A DNA stretch of 64,000 bases from Peptococcia bacterium (GTDB taxonomy: Bacteria > Bacillota > Peptococcia > DRI-13 > DTU073). The notes under the pieces are model-generated. The model made no database searches. It was given only the letters and a program-made list of their open reading frames with translations, and had not been told where the DNA came from. Each line of letters begins with the position of its first letter. The stretch's first letter is position 1. Below are positions 11,774 to 23,812 of this stretch, piece after piece. The position numbers and the translations under genes are program-made. Where the stretch lies: NCBI GenBank assembly GCA_050951585.1, contig JBMNJI010000002.1, positions 2,773 through 66,772 of the forward strand. The letters run 5' to 3'.

Positions 11774-13321
11774 TCATTCCGGCCTACTGATTAAACTTTC
11801 CCCGGTCATTTCGACTGGTTGAGGCAAACCCAGCAACTCCAGAATCGTCGGGGCAATATCCTGTAATGAACCATCGCGCAGCCGCATTTGTTCAGTACCG
11901 TTCCCTACCAGTAAACAAGGAACGATATTCGCCGTATGGGCGGTAAAAGGTTCACGGTTTTCCAGGTTAATCATCTGTTCGGCGTTGCCATGATCAGCCG
12001 TTACTAAAACGCAACCACCTTGAGCCAGCACAGCCTCAATGACCCGCCCGAGACAGGTGTCAACGGTCTCAATCGCTTTGATACAGGCTGGCAACTGACC
12101 GGTATGCCCCACCATATCAGGGTTGGCGTAATTTAAGACAATTAAGTCATAGCTGTTCTCCTGAATCTTCGCCACGACCTGATCGGTAACCTCACAGGCA
12201 CTCATTTCCGGCTGCAGATTATAGGTGGCCACCTTCGGCGAAGGGACAAGAATCCGCTCTTCTCCGGGATAGGACTGTTCGATGCCCCCATTGAAAAAGA
12301 AGGTGACATGGGCATATTTCTCTGTTTCGGCAATCCTCAACTGCCGTAACCCACACTTACTGATTACTTCGCCTAAAGTATTCTCCAGATTCTGCGGCGG
12401 AAAAGCAACCGGCGCCTTGATCCCCGCATCATATTGGGTTAAACAGACATAATGGACTGCCGGATAGCCGCCGGGTCTTGCAAAGCCTGCAAAATTCTCC
12501 TCCGTGAAAGCATAACTGATCTGGCGGGCGCGATCGGCCCGGAAGTTGTACATTATGACCACATCGCCAGGCATGATCCTGCCGACAGGCTCACCCTGCC
12601 CGTCCACAATCACGGTAGGCTCCACAAATTCATCAGTCACCTTCATCTCATAAGCCTTCACCAGGGCTTCCCTGGCGCAACACGCCTTCAGTCCTTCTCC
12701 GGCCACCATCGCCTGGTAGCCTTTCTCCACCCGTTCCCAGCGGTTATCCCGATCCATCGTATAGTAACGGCCGGTCACTGTGGCGATTTTGCCCAGTCCC
12801 AAGCCGCTCAGCTTCTTTTCCAGCGCCTCCAGATATGTTTCCGCATTAGCCGGAGGCACATCCCGTCCGTCAAGAATGGCGTGAACAAACAGCTTCTTGA
12901 CTCCACGGTCTTTGGCCAGCTCTATTAAGGCAAAAAGATGCTCAATATGACTATGCACTCCGCCATCCGAAAGCAGGCCCAGCAAATGTAAAGCCTTCTC
13001 CTCTTTAGCCGCCTCATCCATGGCCCGGGTGATCACCGTATTTTCGGCAATCTCTCCGTCTTTAATCGCTTTAGTGATCCGCGTAAACTCCTGATAAACA
13101 ACCCGCCCGGCCCCAATATTCAAGTGACCGACTTCTGAGTTGCCCATCTGTCCGTCCGGCAGGCCTACCGCTTCACCGGATGACCGTAAAATACAATGGG
13201 GATATTTTCGCAACAATTGATCGTAAAACGGTTTGCCGGCTAAAGAAATGGCATTCCCGTCATTATCTTCAGCAATTCCCCAACCGTCAAGAATCGCCAG
13301 CATTACCGGCCTATATCTCAT
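11774..13321 (-). CDS. gpmI: 2,3-bisphosphoglycerate-independent phosphoglycerate mutase
   Basis: ILDGWG, GQMGNSEVGH, AETEKYAHVTFF, NPDMVGHTG, TADHGN. Confidence 0.98.
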   Translation of the reverse strand: MRYRPVMLAILDGWGIAEDNDGNAISLAGKPFYDQLLRKYPHCILRSSGEAVGLPDGQMGNSEVGHLNIGAGRVVYQEFTRITKAIKDGEIAENTVITRAMDEAAKEEKALHLLGLLSDGGVHSHIEHLFALIELAKDRGVKKLFVHAILDGRDVPPANAETYLEALEKKLSGLGLGKIATVTGRYYTMDRDNRWERVEKGYQAMVAGEGLKACCAREALVKAYEMKVTDEFVEPTVIVDGQGEPVGRIMPGDVVIMYNFRADRARQISYAFTEENFAGFARPGGYPAVHYVCLTQYDAGIKAPVAFPPQNLENTLGEVISKCGLRQLRIAETEKYAHVTFFFNGGIEQSYPGEERILVPSPKVATYNLQPEMSACEVTDQVVAKIQENSYDLIVLNYANPDMVGHTGQLPACIKAIETVDTCLGRVIEAVLAQGGCVLVTADHGNAEQMINLENREPFTAHTANIVPCLLVGNGTEQMRLRDGSLQDIAPTILELLGLPQPVEMTGESLISRPE

Positions 13322-14090
13322 TTTTCTCTCTTCCTCTCCCTGCCCCTTGGACAATCGCGTAGAACGAATCCACCTCCAGGCTTGCTCCTCCTACCAATGC
13401 GCCGTCAATATCCTGACACGCCATAAACTCTTTAATGTTTTGCGGTTTGACACTGCCGCCATACTGGATCCGGATCGCTTCCGCAGTCTCCTTCCCCCAG
13501 CCGTCGGCCAGAACCCGGCGCAAAAAGGCAATCGTCTCCTGCGCATCCTGCGCGCTGGCATTAACTCCTGTGCCAATGGCCCAGACCGGTTCATAGGCAA
13601 TCACCAGCGGCCTAATGGCGGCGGCATCCAGCCCGGCTAAACCGCCCAGCAGCTGTCGCCGGCATACTTCCTCCGTTTGCCCTTTTTTTCGCTCCTCCAG
13701 TGTTTCTCCCACACACAAAATAGGAATAAGCCCATGGGCAAGCGCCGTTTTCACCTTTTCATTAATGAAGGAATCCTCTTCCCCCAAAATATGACGGCGT
13801 TCGGAATGCCCCAGAATGATGTAAGTACACCCTAAGTCTTTCAGCATCAGCGGAGAAACCTCGCCGGTAAACGCCCCCTGCACCTGCGGGTAAAGATTCT
13901 GAGCCCCCAATTTGATTCCTGTGCCTTCTAACGCCTCTCCGACCGTCTGCAGAGCCGTAAAGGCCGGACAGATAACCGTGTCCACTTCCTGATAAAGCTC
14001 TATGTCCACAGGGAACTCCGTTACAAAGCCTTCCGCTTCCTTAATCAGCTTATGCATTTTCCAATTGGCGGCAATAATCGGTTTTCTCAA
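13311..14090 (-). CDS. tpiA: Triosephosphate isomerase
   Basis: AANWKM, GHSERR, AYEPVWAIGTG, YGGSV, GALVGGASL; probable TTG start at 14090. Confidence 0.98.
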   Translation of the reverse strand: MRKPIIAANWKMHKLIKEAEGFVTEFPVDIELYQEVDTVICPAFTALQTVGEALEGTGIKLGAQNLYPQVQGAFTGEVSPLMLKDLGCTYIILGHSERRHILGEEDSFINEKVKTALAHGLIPILCVGETLEERKKGQTEEVCRRQLLGGLAGLDAAAIRPLVIAYEPVWAIGTGVNASAQDAQETIAFLRRVLADGWGKETAEAIRIQYGGSVKPQNIKEFMACQDIDGALVGGASLEVDSFYAIVQGAGRGREKNEI

Positions 14091-14104
14091 TTTAATGCTG
14101 CACC

Positions 14105-15286
14105 TCACTTGTCCAGTAATGCGGCAACGCCGGGCAGTACTTTCCCCTCCAAAAACTCCAGTGAGGCACCGCCGCCGGTTGAAATGTGATAAATGGCATC
14201 AGCCTGTCCGCTTTTCTCTACTGCCGCAACCACATCTCCGCCGCCAATAATGGTTTTCCCTGAAGCCGCCGCCGCTGCCTGGGCAATCTCATTTGTCCCG
14301 GTGGCGAACTGCGGGAATTCATAGACGCCCAACGGCCCATTCCAGACAATGGTCTTCGCCTTCGCAATCACCAGCTTGAAAGCTTCCACCGTCTGCGGTC
14401 CGATATCCAGGGCAATGCTGTTTTCCGGGACCTCCCCAACCGCGTAAACCTTGCCTGCGGCTTCTGCCGAAAACTCCTCGGCCGCCACCACATCTTGCGG
14501 CAGGAGAATATGTACCCCTGAAGCTTCAGCCTTTTTCAGCAGTTTTTTCGCTGTTTCCAGGTGTTCTTCTTCCACTTTCGAAGCGCCCAGCTCATACCCT
14601 TGCGCCTTTAAAAAAGTGTGCGCCATCGCCCCGCCGATTAAGAGATAAGCGGCCTTTTTGAGCAGATTCTCAATCACGGTAATCTTATCGGAAACCTTGG
14701 CTCCGCCTAAGATCACCGCAAAAGGCTGCGCCGGATTCTCTAACGCTTCGGATAAAGCGGAGATTTCCTTCTCCATCAAAAAACCGGAAACCGCCGGGAG
14801 AAATCTGGTAATTCCTTCGGTGGAAGCATGGGCCCGATGGGCCGTGCCAAATGCATCATTAACATATACTTCCCCTAAAGCAGCCAAGCCCTTGGCAAAA
14901 TCCAGGTCATTTTTTTCTTCGCCGGGATAAAAACGCACGTTTTCCAGAATGGCAATCTGACCGGGTTGCAGCTCCGCCGCTATCTTTTGCGATTCCGGTC
15001 CGCCGCAGTCTGCCCCAAAAAGCACCTTTTGCCCCACCAATTCACTTAAATGGGGAACCAGCAGCTGCACACTCATTTCGGGAACGACCTGCCCTTTCGG
15101 ACGACCCAAATGGGTCATTAAAATTATTTTGGCCCCTTGCTCCCGTAAATAATTTAGTGTTGGCAACGCTCTCCTCATCCGTGTATCATCAAGAATTTTT
15201 CCTTCCTTCACCGGTACATTAAAGTCCACGCGGACAAGTACTCTTTTCTCTGCTAACTTGATGTCGCGGATCGTTTTTTTGCTCAC
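14105..15286 (-). CDS. pgk: Phosphoglycerate kinase
   Basis: RVDFNVP, NDAFGTAHRAHAS, GGAKVSDK, STGGGASLE; probable GTG start at 15286. Confidence 0.98.
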   Translation of the reverse strand: MSKKTIRDIKLAEKRVLVRVDFNVPVKEGKILDDTRMRRALPTLNYLREQGAKIILMTHLGRPKGQVVPEMSVQLLVPHLSELVGQKVLFGADCGGPESQKIAAELQPGQIAILENVRFYPGEEKNDLDFAKGLAALGEVYVNDAFGTAHRAHASTEGITRFLPAVSGFLMEKEISALSEALENPAQPFAVILGGAKVSDKITVIENLLKKAAYLLIGGAMAHTFLKAQGYELGASKVEEEHLETAKKLLKKAEASGVHILLPQDVVAAEEFSAEAAGKVYAVGEVPENSIALDIGPQTVEAFKLVIAKAKTIVWNGPLGVYEFPQFATGTNEIAQAAAAASGKTIIGGGDVVAAVEKSGQADAIYHISTGGGASLEFLEGKVLPGVAALLDK

Positions 15287-15364
15287 TCCTAACCAACCTC
15301 CCATCACATCTAGAATATACCATAAAAAGATCCCCTAAAAACAAACTGCCCCTCTAAAAGTAAT

Positions 15365-16390
<1,026 letters not shown>

Positions 16391-16436
16391 TCAAAACCAA
16401 CCATAAACCTACTATGTAATAATGACATCTTTTATT

Positions 16437-17588
16437 TTACCCATCTTCCAGGATTTCTCTCATTACTTCCGCTGCCCCTTCGTCTGTGATTAACGTCTTG
16501 ATAAAACCGGCTTTAAGTACAGCCAGAATAGCCCGCGCCTTACTCTTGCCTCCGGCAACCGCCACTACCTGCTTAAACTGCGAAAGCTCCTCCAGACGCG
16601 GACCAACAGTAGGCGCAGTAACGGCCACCGAACCGTCTTCTGCAAAATAATAGCCAAAAGCCTCCCCGACCGGTAGCTTTCTCGCCCGCAAGAGCAAGGA
16701 CTGCCAATCCAGTTCGCGGCGTGCGGCCATCATTTTCGCGACACCAATCCCGTGTAATAACAAATTCGCTTTTTTCGCCAAATTAATCGTTTCCAAAATT
16801 TTATGGTCGTGAACAAAGTTTTCTAACGCCTCTTCAGAGATGGCATCAGGCACATAGAGGAGCCGGTAATTTCCGCCAAGCCCCCTGGCGATCCGTGCCG
16901 CAATTGTATTGGACTGAATCTCCACTACTTCGCCCAAACCACCGCGGGCCGGCACCACCAAAATACCCCGTTTCCCATGTGTCGGCGGAATCTGGCGTGC
17001 TACCTCGGCCATCGTCGTTCCCCCGGAAACCGCGATAACCCAGTTATCCTCCACGATCTGCACCAAATATTTTCCGGCCGCTTTGCCGAGTTCGCGCATA
17101 TTCATACTCTGTTCGTCAAGATCACCCGGAACAATACATACTTTCGTTAATCCTATTTTATTTTGGAGGAAATTTTCCAAAAAAGCAAGTCCCCTAAATT
17201 CATGAACAAGACCAGCTAATTCAGGCAACAGTTTTTCACATTCTTCCGTCAAAGATACGCCTGCCGCATCAGAGGTCAACAGTTGCCGGTTCTTTAAAAA
17301 CTCAACCTCACCTCTGACCACTCTTTCCCCGATCGCCAACTGTTCGGAAAGCAGTCTCCGGCCAATCGGTTGATTATGCCGTACCACCCGTAAAATATCA
17401 TATCTTTTTTCCAATAAACCGCTTATTTCCGGTGCAACACGTTTCAGCAACCGGATACTCCCGCGCTCATCATTACCGTTCTCATCCTGGCCTTCGCCAT
17501 GCTTTTCGATCCTCATGCTGTCTTTTTCTTCTCTATTCTTACTCTCAGCTATTCTATTCTTACTCTCAACTATGCCTCTTTCCCCCAT
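16437..17588 (-). CDS. cggR: Central glycolytic genes regulator (SorC/DeoR family)
   Basis: QPIGRR...ERVVRGEV HTH, SGGTTM, ARGGLGE, LITDEGAA; first gene of the gap operon; start uncertain (hydrophilic N-terminal extension). Confidence 0.93.
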   Translation of the reverse strand: MGERGIVESKNRIAESKNREEKDSMRIEKHGEGQDENGNDERGSIRLLKRVAPEISGLLEKRYDILRVVRHNQPIGRRLLSEQLAIGERVVRGEVEFLKNRQLLTSDAAGVSLTEECEKLLPELAGLVHEFRGLAFLENFLQNKIGLTKVCIVPGDLDEQSMNMRELGKAAGKYLVQIVEDNWVIAVSGGTTMAEVARQIPPTHGKRGILVVPARGGLGEVVEIQSNTIAARIARGLGGNYRLLYVPDAISEEALENFVHDHKILETINLAKKANLLLHGIGVAKMMAARRELDWQSLLLRARKLPVGEAFGYYFAEDGSVAVTAPTVGPRLEELSQFKQVVAVAGGKSKARAILAVLKAGFIKTLITDEGAAEVMREILEDG

Positions 17589-17608
17589 GCGACTTTCCCC
17601 CTTTGTGG

Positions 17609-17644
17609 GTCATGTTTTGTCCCGCAACAGATATAATTGTCCCG
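17609..17644 (-). promoter_or_regulatory. CggR operator
   Basis: Minus strand CGGGAC-aattat-ATCT-gttg-CGGGAC-aaaaca-TGAC matches the B. subtilis CggR direct repeat CGGGAC-N6-TGTC-N4-CGGGAC-N6-TGTC, immediately upstream of cggR. Confidence 0.85.
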
Positions 17645-17704
17645 CCCGTTTATTATTTACTCTATCAAATTATTCGGCGCCTGACAATATGTGAAATATT
17701 TTCT

Positions 17705-19150
17705 TTAATAACGCCGCCGCTGGGCCGCGCTCAAAACGCCAAGCTCCTCCCGGTATTTCGAGACGGTACGCCGGGCAATCTTAATCCCTTGCTTTTGCAG
17801 TAATTCCGCTAATTTTTGGTCACTATACGGTTTACGCGGGTCCTCTTCCTTCAGGAGATCTGTTATAAGCCGCTTGATACTTTCCGCCGAGGCAGAATCA
17901 CCCATCGCCGTACTAAACCCGGTCGTAAAAAAGAATTTAAATTCAAAAATACCGTGGGGGGTCTGCACATATTTTTGCGCCACGGCCCGGCTCACCGTAG
18001 ATTCGTGCAGTCCGATTTCCTCCGCTACTTCACGCATCGTGAGCGGTTGCAAATACCTGATTCCCTTTTGAAAAAAAGCCTTCTGCTTTTTCAGTAGAGC
18101 TTCCGTGACGCGATAAATCGTCTGACGCCGCTGCTCAATACTGCGAATCAGCCATAAGGCCTGATTCATCTTGTTTTCCACAAAGCTTTTGGTGGCCTGG
18201 TCCACATGAAGCTGTCCGCTGCGGTTCAGGATTGTACTGTACGTCTGATTAATCGTTAAACGCGGCACCAGGCTGTCATTAACCAGAATCACAAATTCAT
18301 TGGCGACCCGCTCAATCACTACATCAGGCACAATATAACGAATCTTTTCCCCGCTGCTAAAAGCCGCCCCGGGCTTGGGATCAAGCTGCTTAATAATATC
18401 GGCTAACTCCTGGACCCGACTGACCGGTAGATTCAGGGCGGCGGCCACCTTGTTAATTTTCCCCTGTCCCAGTTCCGGCAAATAGGTCGCCACCAATTTA
18501 CGCAAATCTTCATCGTCAAGACCTTTTTGGGCTAACTGGATGAGCAGACATTCCTGCAAAGACCGCGCCCCAATTCCCGGCGGATCAAAGCCCTGAATAA
18601 AATGCAGAACCCACGCCACCAGTTTTTCCTCAACCCCTAAATCATCGGCAATCTCCGCCGTGGACACACTTAAGTAACCCGCGGAATCCAGATTGCCAAT
18701 TAAATAGGCTCCGATTTCCTGTTCCCGTTCGTTAAGGTGCAGACAGCCAAGCTGAAAAAGAAGATACTGCTGGAGACTGGTTTCCTCAGGGATAATATTC
18801 TCCAGTGAAAAATCATCCTGTTCCTCCCGCGGCAGATGGCGGGAAAACAGCTCGTCCCGCCTGCTTTCGCGTAAATATTCCTGCCAGTCAATTCCTTCCT
18901 TCTCCCCTGGCACCCCCGGCGGGTCTTCGGGGAGCTCACTCTCCTTTATATTTGCCTCCGTATCCTTTGGCGAATCTATCTCTTCATTCTCTCCCTCTTT
19001 CGATTCCAGCAAAGGGTTTTCCAGCATCACCTGATTAACATACTCCGCCAGCTCTAAAGAGGAAAACTGCAAAAGCTGGATTGCCTGCCGCAACTCCGGA
19101 GTCATAATTAGTTTCTGTTTCTGTTCCAACCTGAAGTCATAGCCAATCAT
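17705..19150 (-). CDS. rpoN: RNA polymerase sigma-54 factor
   Basis: Q/L-rich region I, LHESTVSRA HTH, RpoN box ARRTVSKYRE. Confidence 0.97.
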   Translation of the reverse strand: MIGYDFRLEQKQKLIMTPELRQAIQLLQFSSLELAEYVNQVMLENPLLESKEGENEEIDSPKDTEANIKESELPEDPPGVPGEKEGIDWQEYLRESRRDELFSRHLPREEQDDFSLENIIPEETSLQQYLLFQLGCLHLNEREQEIGAYLIGNLDSAGYLSVSTAEIADDLGVEEKLVAWVLHFIQGFDPPGIGARSLQECLLIQLAQKGLDDEDLRKLVATYLPELGQGKINKVAAALNLPVSRVQELADIIKQLDPKPGAAFSSGEKIRYIVPDVVIERVANEFVILVNDSLVPRLTINQTYSTILNRSGQLHVDQATKSFVENKMNQALWLIRSIEQRRQTIYRVTEALLKKQKAFFQKGIRYLQPLTMREVAEEIGLHESTVSRAVAQKYVQTPHGIFEFKFFFTTGFSTAMGDSASAESIKRLITDLLKEEDPRKPYSDQKLAELLQKQGIKIARRTVSKYREELGVLSAAQRRRY

Positions 19151-19264
19151 TGCTGTTCCCCCCTTCTCCTTATATATTATATCAATTTTTGCTTATCTCA
19201 AAATAATATTTCATTTATCGCCGAATTTAACGAACCTTCTGGCTAATACTTCCAAAGATAAAAA

Positions 19265-19315
19265 TAAAAAAGCTGCTGCCGCAAACTTAGTTCGCAACAA
19301 CAGCCTTCTTTTTTC
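19265..19315 (-). terminator. Intrinsic terminator after the ferredoxin
   Basis: Minus strand GGCTGTTGTTGCG-aactaagtt-TGCGGCAGCAGCT then a T-run. Confidence 0.65.
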
Positions 19316-19333
19316 GCTGACCTGAGATCCCCA

Positions 19334-19504
19334 TTATTTTTTTTCAGGAGCTCCAACCGGGCATACATCTGCACATGAACCACATTCAGTGCATTTGGCC
19401 GGATCAACAACAAACTTCCCGTCACCTTCACTGATCGCTTCCGCCGGGCACTCGGCTTCGCAAGCCCCGCAAGCGATGCATTCCTCATTAATTACATATG
19501 CCAT
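19334..19504 (-). CDS. fdx: 2[4Fe-4S] clostridial-type ferredoxin, 56 aa (below the ORF-track cutoff)
   Basis: MAYVINEECIACGACEAECPAEAISEGDGKFVVDPAKCTECGSCADVCPVGAPEKK with two CxxCxxCxxxCP motifs; RBS GGAGGTG. Confidence 0.97.
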   Translation of the reverse strand: MAYVINEECIACGACEAECPAEAISEGDGKFVVDPAKCTECGSCADVCPVGAPEKK

Positions 19505-19631
19505 TTGTTTTCACCTCCACCTCTGAAATACCCAAAACGAGAATTTTAAAGACAAAAACCTACAATATCGTCCTACACACACTACATTATACATAAAAAT
19601 CGACGAAAAAGCACGGTCTTTCATAAAATTA

Positions 19632-20600
19632 TTATTCTTTGCACTGCTCCGGCCGCACTCCCTGATGCCGCAATTCCTCGGCGATTGCTTCAATCTTCCG
19701 TAAACGATGATTGACCCCCGATTTGCCCATGGGCTTGGCCATCATTTCCCCTAATTCCTTCAAACTGCTGTCGGGATTCTCTAAACGCAGACGGGCCACC
19801 TCGCGCAAGCGCAAAGGAAGCTTTTCCAGCCCGATTGTCTCCGCAATTAATTTAATATACTCAATCTGTTTTAAAGAGGCATTCACCGATTTCTTTAAAT
19901 TAGCCGTATCACAATTGACCAGGCGATTGACTTTATTCCGCATATCCTTCATGACCCGAATGTTTTCGAATTCCAAAAGGGCCCGGTGTGCCCCGATGAT
20001 ATTTAAAAAAGAGGCGATTTGCTCGCTTTCCTTGAGATAAACCACATACCAGCTTTTCCGGGTGCTAATCTTAGCCGCCATGTCCGGAAATTGATTGATC
20101 AATTGGGTTAAAGCCTCGGCATAAAAACGACTATTGGTAATCAGCTCCAGATGATAATTGCCTTCCGGATTGTTGACTGACCCCGCCCCTAAAAAGACGC
20201 CCCGCAAAAAACTGCGGCGACAGCACAAAGACGTGATCAGGGATTTCCTGATGCCCGGGAAGATATTGCCCGCTTCGTTCAGAATCCCTAATTCATTGAG
20301 CAACTTGGGGAGATGGACAACATTGCTTAAGCACACACTGTATAAATTATTCTTCTTTAAGCTGCGCCGTTTCTCAATCCGGATTTCCGCCTCGATATTA
20401 TAAATCTCTTTAAATAAGCGGAAAATCTTCCTTGCCACCGGAGAACTTTCCGTAGCCACCACTAAAGCCACCTCATGATTGGTACTAATCTTAATTGTGC
20501 CGTCCATGCGAATGAGGGCAGCCAATTCGGCAAGCAGGCAACAACGGCTTTCGGGAAAAAAACGCGCTAATTCATCTTTCGCCTCCGTAGAAAACGACAT
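19632..20600 (-). CDS. whiA: DNA-binding protein WhiA
   Basis: MSFSTEAKDEL, FLRGVFLGAGSVNNPE, NRLVNCDTAN, KSGVNHRLRK. Confidence 0.96.
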   Translation of the reverse strand: MSFSTEAKDELARFFPESRCCLLAELAALIRMDGTIKISTNHEVALVVATESSPVARKIFRLFKEIYNIEAEIRIEKRRSLKKNNLYSVCLSNVVHLPKLLNELGILNEAGNIFPGIRKSLITSLCCRRSFLRGVFLGAGSVNNPEGNYHLELITNSRFYAEALTQLINQFPDMAAKISTRKSWYVVYLKESEQIASFLNIIGAHRALLEFENIRVMKDMRNKVNRLVNCDTANLKKSVNASLKQIEYIKLIAETIGLEKLPLRLREVARLRLENPDSSLKELGEMMAKPMGKSGVNHRLRKIEAIAEELRHQGVRPEQCKE

Positions 20601-20606
20601 CTTGCC

Positions 20607-21683
20607 CTATCCCTCCTTCCGGCAGTTTTTCGGTAACTTTCTTTCTCCCCACAGAAGTTGCTCAAAGAAAGAGACCTTGCCGGTTTTTTGCTCGGCTATT
20701 AACGGGATAATCAGTTCCGCGAGCTTTTCGGAATTATGGCGGATCGAAATATTCTCATGAATCAGGGGCGCTTGAATTAAGCGCACCCCCATCTGGGAAA
20801 TCCGTTTGCGGTCCACTTTGACCAGGTAGGCTCCTTCCGACGCATATTTATTGGCGTAATGGGGCGGTATCTTTTGATTATTCGCAATCAGATAGTCCAC
20901 CAGTCCCGGGGCGGAATGAGCATACAAAGCCTTCAAATGGTCCGAGGCCGTGTAATCTTTTGTTTCACCGGCCTGGGTCATCACATTGCACACATAGAAC
21001 TTTAAACCCTGCGCCCGTTGAATCGCCTGGGTAATTTCCGGAATCAACAAATTGGGAATAATGCTGGTATAAAGACTGCCCGGTCCGAGAATAATCGCCT
21101 CGGCTTCCTCGATCGCTTCCAGCGCTTCTGTCGTCGCCTGACAGCAGGCGGGCTCTAAAAAAACCCGTTTAATGCCCTGCGTGGAACGGGAAATCGCCGA
21201 TTCGCCCAAAACTACGGAGCCGTCCGCTAATTCCGCTCCAAGAGACAAATTATCAAAAGAAACCGGCACAACCCGCCCTCTGATCGCCAGAACCTTACTC
21301 ACTTCGTTAATAGCAGTCTCAAAACTGCCTGTCAAATCGGTCATCGCGGCAATTAAGAGGTTCCCCAGGTTATGGCCGGCCAATTCTGTGCCCTGGGTGA
21401 AACGATAACTAAACAGTTTTTCCATCGCCGATTCCGTATCAGCCAGCGCAACGAGGCAGTTACGGATATCCCCCGGGGGAATAATACCCATATCTCCCCT
21501 GAGCTTGCCGGAACTACCCCCGTCATCGGTCACCGAGACAATTGCCGTAAGGTTGGAGGTATATTCCTTTAAGCCCCGCAGGAGCACAGACAACCCTGTC
21601 CCGCCACCAATTACCACGATATGCGGACCTCTTTTTAAAGAATAACGTTGATAAGGGGACAAACACCGTGCAAAAAACCTCAC
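20607..21683 (-). CDS. yvcK: YvcK/GlmR family UDP-sugar-binding gluconeogenesis factor
   Basis: [28 protein letters not shown]. Confidence 0.95.
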   Translation of the reverse strand: MRFFARCLSPYQRYSLKRGPHIVVIGGGTGLSVLLRGLKEYTSNLTAIVSVTDDGGSSGKLRGDMGIIPPGDIRNCLVALADTESAMEKLFSYRFTQGTELAGHNLGNLLIAAMTDLTGSFETAINEVSKVLAIRGRVVPVSFDNLSLGAELADGSVVLGESAISRSTQGIKRVFLEPACCQATTEALEAIEEAEAIILGPGSLYTSIIPNLLIPEITQAIQRAQGLKFYVCNVMTQAGETKDYTASDHLKALYAHSAPGLVDYLIANNQKIPPHYANKYASEGAYLVKVDRKRISQMGVRLIQAPLIHENISIRHNSEKLAELIIPLIAEQKTGKVSFFEQLLWGERKLPKNCRKEG

Positions 21684-22567
21684 AACAAAACCTCCCCTGT
21701 ACTTTGCTTAAACATATCCCTATGCCGAATCATGACGCGATATTCCTGTGATGATAATCTTTCGCCCAAACAATTAGCCAGCACTACGGAGCGATGCTGT
21801 CCCCCTGTGCAGCCAATGGCAATTACTAAATGGGTCTTGCCTTCTTCCACATAATGAGGAAGTAAAAAGCTTAAAGTATCCGTATATTTGCGCAGGAATT
21901 CTTCCGTTAAAGGCGACCGCCATACATAATCATGCACTTCCGGATCACACCCCGTTAAGGGACGCAGCTTCTCCTCATAATAGGGATTGGGCAAAAAACG
22001 GACATCCACGACCAGATCCGCATCCAGCGGTATCCCGTATTTGTAACCGAAAGACATAATGGTCAGATGCATCTTCACTTTCGTATTATCAGGCCCGTAA
22101 AGATCGACAATCTGCGTTTTTAATTCCTTGGTTGATAACTCGGAGGTATCAATAATTTTATTGGCGATCCCCCGTAGACTCTCCATCCGCTGCCTCTCCA
22201 GCAAAATTTCCTCCAAGAGCGGCCCCAGATTGGAAAGGGGATGGCGTCTTCTCGTCTCTTTGAACCTTTTGACCAAAACCTCCGTACTGGCCTCCAAAAA
22301 GAGAATTTCATACTGACAGCCCTGTTTCTTCAGCTCATCCAAAGCCTGAAATAAATGTTCAAAAAACAGACCGCCGCGGATATCAATAACCACGGCCACA
22401 TGATGGAGCGTACTTTCTCCCTCAATACAAAGCTCCGCAAATCTGGGCAAAAGAGCAGGCGGCAAATTATCAACACAAAAAAACCCCAAATCCTCAAGTG
22501 CTCTGATCACATGGGTCTTCCCCGCCCCCGATAAACCCGTAATGATCTGAAAAGTTAAATCAGACAT
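21680..22567 (-). CDS. rapZ: RNase adapter RapZ / YvcJ P-loop protein
   Basis: [38 protein letters not shown]. Confidence 0.96.
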   Translation of the reverse strand: MSDLTFQIITGLSGAGKTHVIRALEDLGFFCVDNLPPALLPRFAELCIEGESTLHHVAVVIDIRGGLFFEHLFQALDELKKQGCQYEILFLEASTEVLVKRFKETRRRHPLSNLGPLLEEILLERQRMESLRGIANKIIDTSELSTKELKTQIVDLYGPDNTKVKMHLTIMSFGYKYGIPLDADLVVDVRFLPNPYYEEKLRPLTGCDPEVHDYVWRSPLTEEFLRKYTDTLSFLLPHYVEEGKTHLVIAIGCTGGQHRSVVLANCLGERLSSQEYRVMIRHRDMFKQSTGEVLL

Positions 22568-22653
22568 AAGCTTTGGCCCCCTCCTCATTCCCCTGCTACA
22601 TTTCATTTACCCTCTGCCTACATCATAATATAATTGTCTGTCTTTTTCCAGAA

Positions 22654-23403
22654 TCACCTTCTGGCATTTTTTATTTGTTCGGGTGGCACCCCGGCCTTTT
22701 CCAAAACCCAGGCTCCATATTCCAAAGCCCCCACGCTTTCCGGAAAATGCGCGTCACTATTGACCAGAAAATCGACACCCCAAGCGGCCAGCTCCCTTAC
22801 CGTTTGATAATCGGGGAATTTATGGCCGGTATTAATCTCCCAGCAGGTCCCCTTCGCCAGGCAAGCCTGCGCCGTTTCGGCCAGATCAATCGTCATTTTC
22901 AGCCCGGGATGACTGATTACCGGCGGCTCGTAGCGGTAGATTGCCTCCACTAAAGCTTTGGTATTATCATTGATTATTCTTCTGCACCGGCCCAAACCCG
23001 GGTAAACTTTAACAACACTATTTCCGACAAGCCAAGGTATTTCGCTCACCTTGTCCGGCCGGATATAGGGATGCAAACCAACAATTATGTAGTCCAGTTC
23101 GCGCATTACTTTCCTGCTCACATCCAACCTGCCGTCCCGGCTGATGACATTGGCCTCTACGGCGGTATAAAGGGTCAACTGCGGGTACTCTGCACGCAGC
23201 TGTTTCTGCACCTGCTTAATTTCCTCCCGCAGCTGCAATAAAAGATGCTCCGATTTAATACCCGTCCCGATATTACGCGGTCCATGCTCGGCAAAACCCA
23301 GCTCCTCCAATCCTCTTCCTGCCCCTGCTTCTGCCATTTCGCCAAGTGTTCCACGCCCGTCACTATAGGTGGTATGGAGATGATAATCGCCCCTGAATTC
23401 CAC
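22654..23403 (-). CDS. PHP-domain protein (YcdX-like phosphoesterase)
   Basis: DYHLHT, AEH, SHPG, EIN, NSDAH motifs. Confidence 0.88.
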   Translation of the reverse strand: MEFRGDYHLHTTYSDGRGTLGEMAEAGAGRGLEELGFAEHGPRNIGTGIKSEHLLLQLREEIKQVQKQLRAEYPQLTLYTAVEANVISRDGRLDVSRKVMRELDYIIVGLHPYIRPDKVSEIPWLVGNSVVKVYPGLGRCRRIINDNTKALVEAIYRYEPPVISHPGLKMTIDLAETAQACLAKGTCWEINTGHKFPDYQTVRELAAWGVDFLVNSDAHFPESVGALEYGAWVLEKAGVPPEQIKNARR

Positions 23404-23558
23404 GTATACCCCTCCGTTTAGGCAAAACCCTATTCTTTTCTTGTATTATTCTCCTCTCCGGGCAAAAAAAAATCCCCTTAGCAGGGATTGTTACCAGTAA
23501 CCAAGGGTTGGTGATCAAAAAGATGAAAATATGACGCTGAATATTTCAAGCAATTTTC

Positions 23559-23756
23559 TTATTGGGTCGAATACTTTTCCCGTAAGAAATTGACGATTAC
23601 CTTGTCCAAAGTAATGCTGGCCTTGTAAATATCCTGAGAAGCCAGACTACATTTTTTGCCTTCTACCTGATAATGTTCTCCATAGGTCCCGTATAATTCT
23701 TTCCGTAAACGTTCCATTTCTGACAATAACTGCTCCGAGTGCCCTCTCATCACCAT
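23559..23756 (-). CDS. Spo0E-family aspartyl-phosphate phosphatase-like protein
   Basis: LLSEMERLRKELY...IYKASITLDKVIVNF resembles the Spo0E SQ.LD helix pair; own SigH-like promoter. Confidence 0.65.
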   Translation of the reverse strand: MVMRGHSEQLLSEMERLRKELYGTYGEHYQVEGKKCSLASQDIYKASITLDKVIVNFLREKYSTQ

Positions 23757-23812
23757 ACCAACCCCCTCATCTTTATATTTCACATTTAAACTGCTTTTTT
23801 CTATACACTATA

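Noticed and set aside
19243-19488. 81-aa ORF in the track
   Set aside because: Off-frame shadow of the real 56-aa ferredoxin at 19334-19504.
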